Shown here: in pieces, positions 54,962-64,000 of the stretch
How positions within the stretch are numbered: the stretch's first letter is position 1
How the letters are laid out: each line of letters opens with the position of its first letter
Origin: Eubacteriales bacterium
Lineage (GTDB): Bacteria; Bacillota; Clostridia; Oscillospirales; CAG-272
Length of the DNA stretch: 64,000 nt
Direction of reading: 5' to 3'
NCBI GenBank assembly: GCA_045602385.1
Contig: JAZSBL010000042.1
Location: 1,722 to 65,721, forward strand
The notes under the pieces: model-generated
What the model was told of the DNA's origin: nothing
What the model saw: the letters and a program-made list of their open reading frames with translations, nothing else
The model's database searches: none
Program-made: the position numbers and the translations under genes

Positions 54962-56566
54962 ATGTATCTTACTAATTTCAGTCTGCTATTCCCCGATGAA
55001 ATCACAAAAAAGGAGCATTACTCCGGCATAAGCACCCCTGATATAGATATGTATACCCTTGAGGAGCTTGGCATGCTTGAGATGCTTGACCTTAAGAGCT
55101 CCGAGCTTTCGGATTATTTCACGACCTCCGAGTCTGTCATGAAGTACAGAAACGAGGTCTTTGCGGACATGCTTGCTTCTCCAGAGCTTTCAGCGACACT
55201 AAACAAGCTCATGCCCGTACTGTCGGATATCACCGAGCTTCGCCGTCTTGAGTCGGACAGCCAGAGTGACGACTATCTCTCAAGCATAACGGAAATTGAG
55301 CTCTATATCTCATGTATCGACATTCTTTACAGCGGATTTAAAAACATTACAGGACTTCAGAGCCGCGCCTTTACCCACTTCTCCGAAAAGATACGGGAGC
55401 TTGCGGAATCCGAATACTACCTTGAGCTTAACAAGAAGCTCTCCGAGCTGACACGAAGAGTCCGTGAGATCAAGAGCGTATCGATCGGTGTAAATCTTGA
55501 CGCGCAGCTTCGCCCCTCGTATGCGGGCGTTTTGTCGATAAACTCTGAGCCTTTTAAATCGGGAGATACTATCGATAAGATATTACGGCTCGATTTCAAG
55601 GACGATGACTACACCTGCATAGCTAACCTTGTTCCCTTTGGCAAGTCACAGTCGGAGAATCAAAAGAGCGCAATGTCTACCGCATTTAACTCCGCTATCA
55701 ACGAGGTATATCGCTCTTCCCTCAAATCCTGGAAAAAGATAATCCAGGCCTACGTTCTTGAGAACACCGATTTTCTGCTTAATCTTATGCCTGAGATCGA
55801 ATTTGTTGTCAAGGGCACGGAGCTTCTCTCAAAGCTCAAATCCAGAGGATGCGAGCTTGCAAATCCCGTTATTGCCCCAATGAGCGAGAGGATCTTTAAC
55901 GCTAACGATCTTTACAATCCCGCAGTCGCACTGAAGCTTGACGAGGGTGAGGAGATCGTTGCGAACGACGTTAGCTTTAACGATACTGACGCGTACATAT
56001 ACGTTCTTACCGGTCCTAACAGAGGTGGTAAGTCGGTCATCACTTGCGCACTTGGTCTTTCTGTGGCAATGATGCAGCTTGGAATGTTCGTACCCGCAAG
56101 ACAGGCGACCATAAGCCCTGTTGACGCTATATATACCCACTTCCCGACCGGAGCTGACGACACTATAGATAAGGGTCGTCTTGGCGAGGAGTGCGCAAGA
56201 CTCGGCGAAATTTTCGACGCTGTCACACCTAACAGCCTTGTGTTGCTTGACGAGTCCTTCTCTTCTACCGGATCGTATGAGGGCTCTTATATCGCGGCAG
56301 AGGTCCTTTCCGGAATATCAATGGTAGGTTGCCGTTGTCTCTTTGCAACTCATCTTCATGAGCTTGCCGCAGAGATCGATCGCATAAACGCTGACACGGT
56401 ATCCCGCGGCGGCGCCAAAATCGACACCCTTGTAGCCGGCATTGAGGAGGGTCAAAGATCCTTCAAGATATTCCGCGCAAAGCCCGACGGAAAGAGCTAC
56501 GCCCGTGATATTGCCGAAAGATACGGTCTTACATACGAAAATATACTCAAAAAAATTGGCAAATAA
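54962..56566 (+). CDS. MutS-related ATPase (domain V only)
   Basis: TGPNRGGKS Walker A, LLDESFSST Walker B, ATHLHEL; no mismatch-binding or Smr domain seen. Confidence 0.8.
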   Translation: MYLTNFSLLFPDEITKKEHYSGISTPDIDMYTLEELGMLEMLDLKSSELSDYFTTSESVMKYRNEVFADMLASPELSATLNKLMPVLSDITELRRLESDSQSDDYLSSITEIELYISCIDILYSGFKNITGLQSRAFTHFSEKIRELAESEYYLELNKKLSELTRRVREIKSVSIGVNLDAQLRPSYAGVLSINSEPFKSGDTIDKILRLDFKDDDYTCIANLVPFGKSQSENQKSAMSTAFNSAINEVYRSSLKSWKKIIQAYVLENTDFLLNLMPEIEFVVKGTELLSKLKSRGCELANPVIAPMSERIFNANDLYNPAVALKLDEGEEIVANDVSFNDTDAYIYVLTGPNRGGKSVITCALGLSVAMMQLGMFVPARQATISPVDAIYTHFPTGADDTIDKGRLGEECARLGEIFDAVTPNSLVLLDESFSSTGSYEGSYIAAEVLSGISMVGCRCLFATHLHELAAEIDRINADTVSRGGAKIDTLVAGIEEGQRSFKIFRAKPDGKSYARDIAERYGLTYENILKKIGK

Positions 56567-56572
56567 CATAAG

Positions 56573-56605
56573 AAACCGCAGGACGGGATCCGTCCTGCGG
56601 TTTTT
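56573..56605. terminator. Bidirectional terminator
   Basis: AAACCGCAGGACGG/CCGTCCTGCGGTTT. Confidence 0.8.
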
Positions 56606-56607
56606 CT

Positions 56608-57966
56608 TTATTTACCGATAACCTGCATCGTCTTATTTAAGAGCTTTGCCATATCCCCCCTTGTAACACTTGCCCCCGCATCAACTGTCATATCCGGGAA
56701 CTCAAGTATACCAAGAGTGTAAAGAGATTCTATTGCCGCATTAGACCATGACGGAATATTATCGGAATCTGCAAACGTGGGGGTCACGTCAGGCTTGGCA
56801 TAACCAATCATATTGCTGATAATCACTGCCGCTTCCGATAGCTGAACCGTATCGTCAGGCCTGAAATATATCTCCCCGTTTTGCTTTATACCGCTTATGT
56901 ATCCCTTGGAATATGCAAGCGCGATATATCCCTTCATTGCCGGGTTTATATCTCCGTCATCCGCAAATCCCGTGGTTGCAACGTCCGGCACGCTCTTGAT
57001 CCCGATAGCATTCATAGCGGTCACAACAAGCTCCGCGCGGCTGACCTCTCTATCCGCCTCAAAATAGAAATAATTGCCCACCTGCACGCCGTTCATAAGT
57101 CCCGATTCCGTGACAGCAAGCGCGTGACTGTAAAGCTCGTTTTCAAGCATATCACTGTATACCAACGCGGTCTTTTGCGCGTTGACCTCGATAGTCACCT
57201 TTGCAGAGGTACTGTAATTTCCGTATTTATCTCTGACAACGTACTCAAAGCTATCACTTCCCGTATACGATTCATTCGGTGTATAGGTATATGTTCCGAG
57301 TGTCTTATTTTCAAGAACCAGCAGACCGTGCGCGGGATAGCTGACTATCTCGTACGTAAGCTCATCTCCCTCCGGATCATGTCCCGCCAGCACGCCGCTT
57401 ATCATTATATCCTTATATGTTTCGTTATTTAGCGAAGCATAAGATGCCATTTTAACGGTTGGTGAATAATTTACCGAATCCAGCATGAAAATATTGCAGA
57501 TAATATCGTATGAATTGTCGTCTACCGAAAACTCAAAGCTTGCAGGCTTACCCAATCCCGTTTTTGCCTCCTCGTATGTCATGAGTGAGATATTGTCTGC
57601 GCTGATCCTTTGTCCCACCGACACCGCATCTCCGCCGATATAAAGCGCACCGCAGCTGACGCTTGGAAGTGCGGTTATCGTTATACTCTCTATGCTTGAC
57701 AGGTTCATCGCGCACATAAATCTTTCCGCGGAAAACGAGAGCGCATTCCCGCTTATTCCCGCTATCGCCATTTGGTTCTGATAGGCTATGACCTCAAGCG
57801 CGCCCGACACCATACCCTGTTGGTTTGCAAGCACCGCAGTTCCGCTTGATATCATATTATCAAGCGCCGTGGGCCGTGATTCCTCTGCCGAAACAGCGAT
57901 ACACAAGGCGCAGGTCACAAGTCCTACTGCCACAAATATCACTAATAATTTTTTAAACAGCTTCAT
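56608..57966 (-). CDS. Secreted Ig-like (cadherin/Big-type) domain protein with C-terminal SLH domains
   Basis: Signal peptide; DPEGD.LTY...P.HG...YTY.P...G.DSF.Y; SLH motifs (VSRAE, FRPD, VTRGD). Confidence 0.82.
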   Translation of the reverse strand: MKLFKKLLVIFVAVGLVTCALCIAVSAEESRPTALDNMISSGTAVLANQQGMVSGALEVIAYQNQMAIAGISGNALSFSAERFMCAMNLSSIESITITALPSVSCGALYIGGDAVSVGQRISADNISLMTYEEAKTGLGKPASFEFSVDDNSYDIICNIFMLDSVNYSPTVKMASYASLNNETYKDIMISGVLAGHDPEGDELTYEIVSYPAHGLLVLENKTLGTYTYTPNESYTGSDSFEYVVRDKYGNYSTSAKVTIEVNAQKTALVYSDMLENELYSHALAVTESGLMNGVQVGNYFYFEADREVSRAELVVTAMNAIGIKSVPDVATTGFADDGDINPAMKGYIALAYSKGYISGIKQNGEIYFRPDDTVQLSEAAVIISNMIGYAKPDVTPTFADSDNIPSWSNAAIESLYTLGILEFPDMTVDAGASVTRGDMAKLLNKTMQVIGK

Positions 57967-58140
57967 ATCTTCCTCCAAAAATTTTAATCTGTCTAATTAT
58001 ATTTGCAAAAGGCCTTTTTTATTACCAGACAGCTTTTCCCATACCGAGATTTTCCGCTACAAGTTACAAATTATTCGCACTTTTGTTTTTGATATGTGAT
58101 ATAATGGTTTTATTGAAGTATGCTTTAGAGGAAATGTCAA

Positions 58141-59100
58141 ATGAAATTTATTATCGAAACGCGCGATGCGGGGATGACGGTCTTATCCTTTCTGAAATCA
58201 AAATTGAAGATATCCACATCCGCGCTTGCATCTCTGAAGCGTGTCGATATGGGAATTTGCGTGAATGAAAAGCACGTAACGGTCAGATATATCCTCTCCG
58301 AGGGTGATATCCTTACAATAAAGGATAGGGACTCCTTTGAGGACGTGAACGAGACCGTTGAGCCACATTGTATTCCGCTTGACGTAATACTTGAAAACGA
58401 GGAGCTTTTTATCATAAACAAGCCGCCGTTCATGCCTACGCATCCTTCACATAACCACACCGATGATACTTTAGCAAATGCCTTGGCGCATCTATATGCA
58501 GAGCGCGGAGAGCCTTTGGTCTTCCGCCCCATAGGCAGGCTTGACCGAAACACAAGCGGAATATCTCTTATAGCAAAAAGCTCCATATCCGCGTCGTTTC
58601 TCCACTATGCGCGATCCCATGGCATGATGCAGAAAAAATACATAGCCTTGCTTGAGGGTAAGATCGCAGACGATGAAGATTGGCACGTTACAGAAACGTA
58701 TATGAAACGAAGCGAGGACAGCGTTATAGTCAGGTGCGTTGGCGAAAGCAATGACCCCGACGCGTTCGTTGCCATAACGCGTTGGCGGGTGTTGTATTCC
58801 TCTGATGCACTCAGCGTGGTAGAGGCTATTCCCGAAACCGGGCGAACACACCAATTAAGAGTTCATTTCTCTCACCTCGGTCATCCCATACTCGGTGATG
58901 ATATTTACGGAACCGAAAGTGAAATGATCTCGCGCCACGCTCTGCATGCATACAGTCTCTCTATCCCCATGCCGTACTGTTGCGAGAGCAAGACATTTAC
59001 CTCTTACCCTCCGGCGGATATGCGCAGAGCATTTGAGCTTATAACAGGTGAGGAATTATCAAAATATATACCAATCACAAAGGATACGAATGAAAAATAA
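58141..59100 (+). CDS. RluA-family pseudouridine synthase
   Basis: NKPP, RLDRNTSG, TGRTHQLRVH, GHPILGD.IYG, LHA. Confidence 0.92.
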   Translation: MKFIIETRDAGMTVLSFLKSKLKISTSALASLKRVDMGICVNEKHVTVRYILSEGDILTIKDRDSFEDVNETVEPHCIPLDVILENEELFIINKPPFMPTHPSHNHTDDTLANALAHLYAERGEPLVFRPIGRLDRNTSGISLIAKSSISASFLHYARSHGMMQKKYIALLEGKIADDEDWHVTETYMKRSEDSVIVRCVGESNDPDAFVAITRWRVLYSSDALSVVEAIPETGRTHQLRVHFSHLGHPILGDDIYGTESEMISRHALHAYSLSIPMPYCCESKTFTSYPPADMRRAFELITGEELSKYIPITKDTNEK

Positions 59101-60292
59101 CACACACGGATCGCCTTCGCGCGAACGCATAATAGATGCCAAGGATTACTTTTTTCTTCCCGATGAGGAAAAAGCCTTTTATAAGGAGCATGATAAAAAA
59201 TACGAGAGGCTCCCGCTATGGAGCAAAATATCTCTGATCGTCGCCGCGGTATCTCTATTGCTCTACATTGTAATATGTATTAGTCCCGTTTTTGCGGATT
59301 TCTTTAACAAATATATCGGCGGTTTCTTCAGATTTTTATTTGCACAGATAACCAATATTCTGCCTTTCTCCTTGGCAGAGGCCGCCTTAATACTGATACC
59401 GGTTTTTCTTTTTTTGATAATAAGATACGTTTGGATATGCCGATGCAACACGCGTAAGGCTACGATCGTAACTCTGCTTTGCATACTTTCGGTTGCATCT
59501 ATATTCTTTTCAAGCTTCGTTTGGACCTTTGCCGCAGGATACCGAGGCACAGCTCTTGAGGATAAGCTGGAAATAAAATCCGAAAAGATAGATAAATACG
59601 ATCTTTACAATACCACCGTATATTTGGTCGGTGAGATCAACATGCTCTCACCCCAAATCGCATATGATAGCGACGGTTTTTCGGTAATGCCTTATTGCAT
59701 TAATGAAATGAACAACAAGCTTATTGACGCTTATGAGGTATTTGCATCCGAGAACGGCTTTGTCAACAATTTCTACAGCAGACTGAAGCCTGTGCTGTTA
59801 AGCGAGGCAATGTCCTACGCCCACATAACCGGAATATACACCTATTTTACGGGAGAGTCGAATATCAACGTATGCTTCCCGGACTACACGTTGCCGTATA
59901 CAGCCGCGCACGAGCTTGCACACCAGAGAGGAATAGCCAAAGAGGACGAGGCCAACATGATGGCTTTCTTAATATCCGTTCGCTCCGATGACGCATATAT
60001 CAGATACTGCGCGTATGTGAACATGTATGAGTACGTTGCGAACGCTCTCTACAAAGCAGACAAGGAGCTATTCAAAAAGGCGTACAGGATGCTTGATTCG
60101 GACGTAGCCGCTGAGCAGGTAGCATACAATGCATTTTTCGAAAAATACTCCGAATCGGTCACAAGCCAGGTAAGCGGAACAGTCAACGATATATATCTTC
60201 AATCGCAAGGCACCGAGGGCGAAAAGAGCTACGGAATGGTGGTAGATCTCACCGTTGCATACCTCAAAAGCCTTGGCAAAATCGAGAAATAA
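59090..60292 (+). CDS. DUF3810 membrane zincin-like protein
   Basis: TM helices, G.Y..FTGE.N.N, HELAH..G...EDEAN. Confidence 0.85.
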   Translation: MKNNTHGSPSRERIIDAKDYFFLPDEEKAFYKEHDKKYERLPLWSKISLIVAAVSLLLYIVICISPVFADFFNKYIGGFFRFLFAQITNILPFSLAEAALILIPVFLFLIIRYVWICRCNTRKATIVTLLCILSVASIFFSSFVWTFAAGYRGTALEDKLEIKSEKIDKYDLYNTTVYLVGEINMLSPQIAYDSDGFSVMPYCINEMNNKLIDAYEVFASENGFVNNFYSRLKPVLLSEAMSYAHITGIYTYFTGESNINVCFPDYTLPYTAAHELAHQRGIAKEDEANMMAFLISVRSDDAYIRYCAYVNMYEYVANALYKADKELFKKAYRMLDSDVAAEQVAYNAFFEKYSESVTSQVSGTVNDIYLQSQGTEGEKSYGMVVDLTVAYLKSLGKIEK

Positions 60293-60300
60293 AACGAACA

Positions 60301-60345
60301 AAAAATTACCTCACGGAATACAATATACGTGAGGTGATTTTTTTA
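60301..60345 (+). terminator. Intrinsic terminator
   Basis: AAAAATTACCTCACG/CGTGAGGTGATTTTT plus a T tail. Confidence 0.7.
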
Positions 60346-60594
60346 TTTTTATGCATTTTTAATGTCGTAGTGGTGTGTGTTATTGATACAACGACATTAT
60401 TTTTTAACAAAAGTAACTTTTTATCAATATTTTATTCATTTATTGCCTTTTGTTGGCTTTTTATTCATTTATTTGGCAGTTTTACGTTTATTTAGTACAT
60501 GTGTACTAAAAATACATGTCATATATTATTGACAGGAATCGATAATTTATCTTACAAAATTTGTAAATAAATTATAAACTTTGACAAAAAGTTC

Positions 60595-60623
60595 TTTACA
60601 TATTTATTCATATATGTTATAAT
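60595..60623 (+). promoter_or_regulatory. sigmaA promoter of murA
   Basis: TTTACA-17 bp-TATAAT with extended TG. Confidence 0.6.
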
Positions 60624-60754
60624 ATATTCACGTCACGACAAAGGTGATAAACACAAAAATATTGTATTACCCCGCACCGTTCGGTGCATACACAAACATA
60701 AACTTTTTAGTAAATTCCAAGTCTGATTCGGCTTGGATAAGACGGGAGGAAATT

Positions 60755-62050
60755 ATGGAAAAGATCATAATCAACGGCGGAAGACCCCTTTACGGTAACG
60801 TATCTATCGGAGGCATGAAGAATGCTGCACTCCCTGTTATTTGCGCGTGCGCACTCAACGAGGAGAGCTGCATAATCGACAATATCCCTCCCGTAAGTGA
60901 TATAGAAACTCTTCTTGAAATCCTCTCCTGCATCGGCGCATCGGTCAGAAGACTCACAAGAACATCGGTTGAAATAAACTGCAAGAACCTCGTTCCCTGC
61001 TCCTCTCCTATGGAGCTTGCAAACACTCTCCGCGGTTCCTCCTACCTCCTCGGTGCGGAGTTCGGTCGCTTTGGTAAGGCAAGCGTTCCTCATCCGGGCG
61101 GATGCAGCATCGGCGCACGCCCCCTCGACCTTCACATGAAGGCTTTTGAGGCTCTCGGCGCAGACTGCATTCACAAGAACGGTAGACTTGAGGTCGAGTC
61201 CGAGGACGGTCGCCCCCACGGTGCAAGCATCTATTTTGACAAGGTTTCCGTAGGCGCAACGGTTAACGCTATCCTTGCATCCGTACTTGCAGACGGTGTT
61301 ACAACTATTGACAATGCAGCACGCGAGCCTCACATTGTTGACCTTGCGGTATTCCTTAACGCATGCGGCGCAAACATCACAGGCGCAGGAACTTCTGTTA
61401 TCAAGGTAAAGGGAGTTGAAAAGCTCCACGGCTGCCGTTACTCTATCATTCCCGATATGATCGAAGCGGGTACATACATGGCGGCGGTTGCAGCAACAGG
61501 CGGTAGAGTTACAGTTACCAACGTTATCCCCAAGCACCTTGAGGCTATTACCTCCAAGCTTGAGGAGGCAGGCACAAATGTTACAGTCGGAGACGACTAC
61601 GTTACGATCGAAAGCACGGGTAAGCTTCGCGGTATCAGCATAGTTACACAGCCCTACCCCGGATTTGCAACCGATATGCAGGCACAGTTCGGCGCAATGC
61701 TCTGCTTTGCAGAGGGAACCTCTGATATCGTTGAGAACATTTTCAACAGCAGATTCCAGTACACCGACGAGCTTTCCAAGATGGGCGCAGACATCAAGGT
61801 TGACGGCAACCACGCGGTAATTCGCGGTGGCGCAAAGCTCTCCGGCGCTCCCCTTATGTCGCACGACCTTCGCGGTGGCGCGGCTATGGTAATCGCAGCT
61901 CTCGCAACAGAGGGCACTTCTGTAATCGACGGTATCGACAAGATCGAGCGGGGATATTATAATATTGTAGGCAAGCTCCGTGAGCTTGGCGCAGATATTC
62001 AAAAAAAAGAAGTTGTCACAGACAAGCAAAGACTTGCTTCTATGATGTAA
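60755..62050 (+). CDS. murA: UDP-N-acetylglucosamine 1-carboxyvinyltransferase
   Basis: G.KNAALP, PGGCSIGAR (catalytic Cys), SVGAT, PD.IEAGT, PGFATD, DLRGG, IERGY; GGGAGG RBS before ATG 60755. Confidence 0.95.
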   Translation: MEKIIINGGRPLYGNVSIGGMKNAALPVICACALNEESCIIDNIPPVSDIETLLEILSCIGASVRRLTRTSVEINCKNLVPCSSPMELANTLRGSSYLLGAEFGRFGKASVPHPGGCSIGARPLDLHMKAFEALGADCIHKNGRLEVESEDGRPHGASIYFDKVSVGATVNAILASVLADGVTTIDNAAREPHIVDLAVFLNACGANITGAGTSVIKVKGVEKLHGCRYSIIPDMIEAGTYMAAVAATGGRVTVTNVIPKHLEAITSKLEEAGTNVTVGDDYVTIESTGKLRGISIVTQPYPGFATDMQAQFGAMLCFAEGTSDIVENIFNSRFQYTDELSKMGADIKVDGNHAVIRGGAKLSGAPLMSHDLRGGAAMVIAALATEGTSVIDGIDKIERGYYNIVGKLRELGADIQKKEVVTDKQRLASMM

Positions 62051-62084
62051 TGAGATAGAGTTCCCTTTTCATCATAAAAGATAC

Positions 62085-62111
62085 ATAAATAAAAATATCC
62101 TCTCATATATT
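62085..62111 (+). promoter_or_regulatory. sigmaE-like promoter of spoIVA
   Basis: ATA-16 bp-CATAtatT; spoIVA is sigmaE-dependent in B. subtilis. Confidence 0.6.
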
Positions 62112-62157
62112 TTAGCGAAAACATTATCGTCTAAAATTATGGGAGGATTTTTATTTT

Positions 62158-63636
62158 ATGGCAGAGCATTCTATTTACAAGGACATAGCGGAAAGAACGG
62201 GCGGAGACATATATATCGGAGTAGTCGGACCCGTCAGAACGGGAAAATCTACGTTTATAAAGAGATTTATGGAGGCATTGGTTCTCCCTAATATCGCAGA
62301 GGGATATTCAAGAGAGCGCGCACGTGACGAGATGCCGCAGTCCGCGGCAGGCAAGACTGTTATGACAACAGAGCCTAAGTTTATTCCCGATGAGGCAGTA
62401 CCGATCAATATTGATTCCTGCTCCACCCTAAAGGTGAAAATGGTGGACTGCGTGGGATATGTCGTGCCTGAGGCATTGGGAACAATTGAGGACGGTCAGC
62501 CCCGCATGGTGCGTACCCCTTGGAGACAGGAGCCTATGCCCTTCATCGAGGCGGCGGAAATGGGCACGCACAAGGTAATAAGCGAGCATTCGACTATCGG
62601 TATGCTTGTAACCACTGACGGCTCTATCGGTGACATATCAAGACCGAGCTACGTTGAAGCTGAGGAAAGAATAGTAAGTGAATTAAAGGCTCTTGGCAAG
62701 CCCTTTGCGGTTATTCTCAACTCTGCTCGCCCGCAGAGTGACGAGGCTATCTCGCTGGCGTATGAGCTTGAGGCAAAATACGAGGTGCCTGTCGCGCTTG
62801 TTTCCTGCATCGACCTTGACGCGGAGGATATACGACATATCCTTGAGCTTGTTTTGCATGAGTTCCCTGTCTCGGAGATCCGCGTTACCATGCCGGAATG
62901 GACGACCGCCCTTGACGATACTCACAGAATAAAGCTTTCCTTGCTTGATGACATAAAGGAATGCGCAAGTAAGATAAGCAAGGCGGGAGATATTCAGGGA
63001 GCGTTTGATTCGCTTTCCGAAAACGAATACATAAAGAGCGCGTCCATAAATGAGATAGACCTTGGCACGGGCTGCGCGACATTATCAATTGCCATGAAGG
63101 ACGGCCTGTATTACGACGTTATAAGTGAGCTTACCGGCTTTGACATAGGCGGCGAGGATGAGCTTATTTCCCTGCTTAAATCCTTGGCAGAGATGAAGGA
63201 AAGATACGATAGGATAGAGTCCGCGCTTGACGAGGCAGAAGAACGCGGCTACGGAATCGTAATGCCCGACGTGCGCGAGCTTCACCTTGCAGAGCCCGAA
63301 ATAGTTAAGCAGGCCGGCGGATATGGCGTGCGACTTCGCGCATCGGCTCAGTCTATTCATATGATAAGAGCTAATATAGAAACCGAGATCAATCCGATCG
63401 TTGGAACCGAACAGCAGTCCGAGGATCTCGTCAAATATATGCTTAAGGAGTTTGAAGAGGATCCGCAGAAGATTTGGAGCTCCAATATGTTTGGCAAGAG
63501 CCTTTACGAGCTTGTCAACGAGGGCCTTCACTCAAAGCTTGAACACATGCCCGAAGCATCGCGCACAAAGCTCTCCGAAACTCTGGAACGTATCATCAAC
63601 GAGGGCAGCGGCGGGCTTATCTGTATTATTCTTTAA
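62158..63636 (+). CDS. spoIVA: Stage IV sporulation protein A
   Basis: GVVGPVRTGKSTFIKRF, MTTEPKF, DCVGY, GGLICIIL C-terminus. Confidence 0.97.
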   Translation: MAEHSIYKDIAERTGGDIYIGVVGPVRTGKSTFIKRFMEALVLPNIAEGYSRERARDEMPQSAAGKTVMTTEPKFIPDEAVPINIDSCSTLKVKMVDCVGYVVPEALGTIEDGQPRMVRTPWRQEPMPFIEAAEMGTHKVISEHSTIGMLVTTDGSIGDISRPSYVEAEERIVSELKALGKPFAVILNSARPQSDEAISLAYELEAKYEVPVALVSCIDLDAEDIRHILELVLHEFPVSEIRVTMPEWTTALDDTHRIKLSLLDDIKECASKISKAGDIQGAFDSLSENEYIKSASINEIDLGTGCATLSIAMKDGLYYDVISELTGFDIGGEDELISLLKSLAEMKERYDRIESALDEAEERGYGIVMPDVRELHLAEPEIVKQAGGYGVRLRASAQSIHMIRANIETEINPIVGTEQQSEDLVKYMLKEFEEDPQKIWSSNMFGKSLYELVNEGLHSKLEHMPEASRTKLSETLERIINEGSGGLICIIL

Positions 63637-63652
63637 TAACAAAAAAAATATA

Positions 63653-63681
63653 AAAAGCCCAACCTGTTGCGTTGGGCTTTT
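63653..63681 (+). terminator. Intrinsic terminator
   Basis: AAAAGCCCAAC/GTTGGGCTTTT. Confidence 0.75.
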
Positions 63682-63757
63682 CTCTTATAAATAAAGGGAT
63701 TGCAAAATGTAAAAAAATGTGGTATAATACCTTATATTATGTAAAGGATACACACTA

Positions 63758-64000
63758 ATGAACATACAACAGTTTTGGTCTGACGTTCTCGCACAGATAG
63801 CAGACGAGATAAGAGAATATTTCCACGCCGATGCTTATGTGAATTGGCATTGCTCCAATGAGTATTTCACGGTTGAGGAATTTATAAGAGCCAACTGCGA
63901 GTATCCCGGCGATTGGGATGGCGAGGTTGAAAAGATCGTTACGACAGACGATATGATTATCACCGCAACACGGGTATATCCCAAGGATCGCTCCGCTTCT
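63758..64000 (+). CDS. NTF2/SnoaL-like protein, truncated by the window edge
   Basis: MNIQQFW..VL.Q....IREYFH.DAYVNWHCSNE.FTVEEFIRANCEYPGDWDG; upstream TTGCAA-17-TATAAT promoter. Confidence 0.65.
   Translation, partial: MNIQQFWSDVLAQIADEIREYFHADAYVNWHCSNEYFTVEEFIRANCEYPGDWDGEVEKIVTTDDMIITATRVYPKDRSAS

Noticed and set aside
60707-62029. 440-aa antisense ORF
   Set aside because: Shadow of murA
63720-63747. dif-like TTATGTAAA sequence
   Set aside because: No matching XerC arm; better explained as the promoter/leader of the NTF2-like gene

Overview
This 64 kb window is chromosomal DNA from a spore-forming Clostridia-like Firmicute. The assignment is inferred from spoIIID, spoIVA, dpaAB, an SLH protein, TIGR03960/TIGR03936 and AGGAGG-type RBSs. 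Most of it is ordinary housekeeping (dnaE, prfA, a topo IV/gyrase A subunit, murA, murB, ispE, coaE, prs, proC, comEC), plus sugar/uronate catabolism and sporulation genes. The main anomaly is a ~2.2 kb element at 5399-7615, inserted between a sugar-oxidoreductase operon terminator and spoIIID. It is bounded by a perfect 21-bp inverted repeat and carries no integrase or transposase. It encodes a pMV158-type (Rep_2) HUH rolling-circle initiator interrupted by one in-frame TGA, a Mu Com-like zinc-ribbon microprotein missing from the ORF track, a small helical protein and a divergent Xre HTH with tandem palindromic operators. Both ends are highly structured (modular repeats, CTTG hairpins, a candidate nick site and a candidate pseudoknot). 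A second theme is regulatory: sigmaE-like promoters sit in the 5' arm of hairpins whose 3' arm holds the RBS of the downstream gene (spoIVA and a tspO-like gene). No rRNA, tRNA or CRISPR array was seen. All family assignments come from motif recognition by eye; no database search was run.
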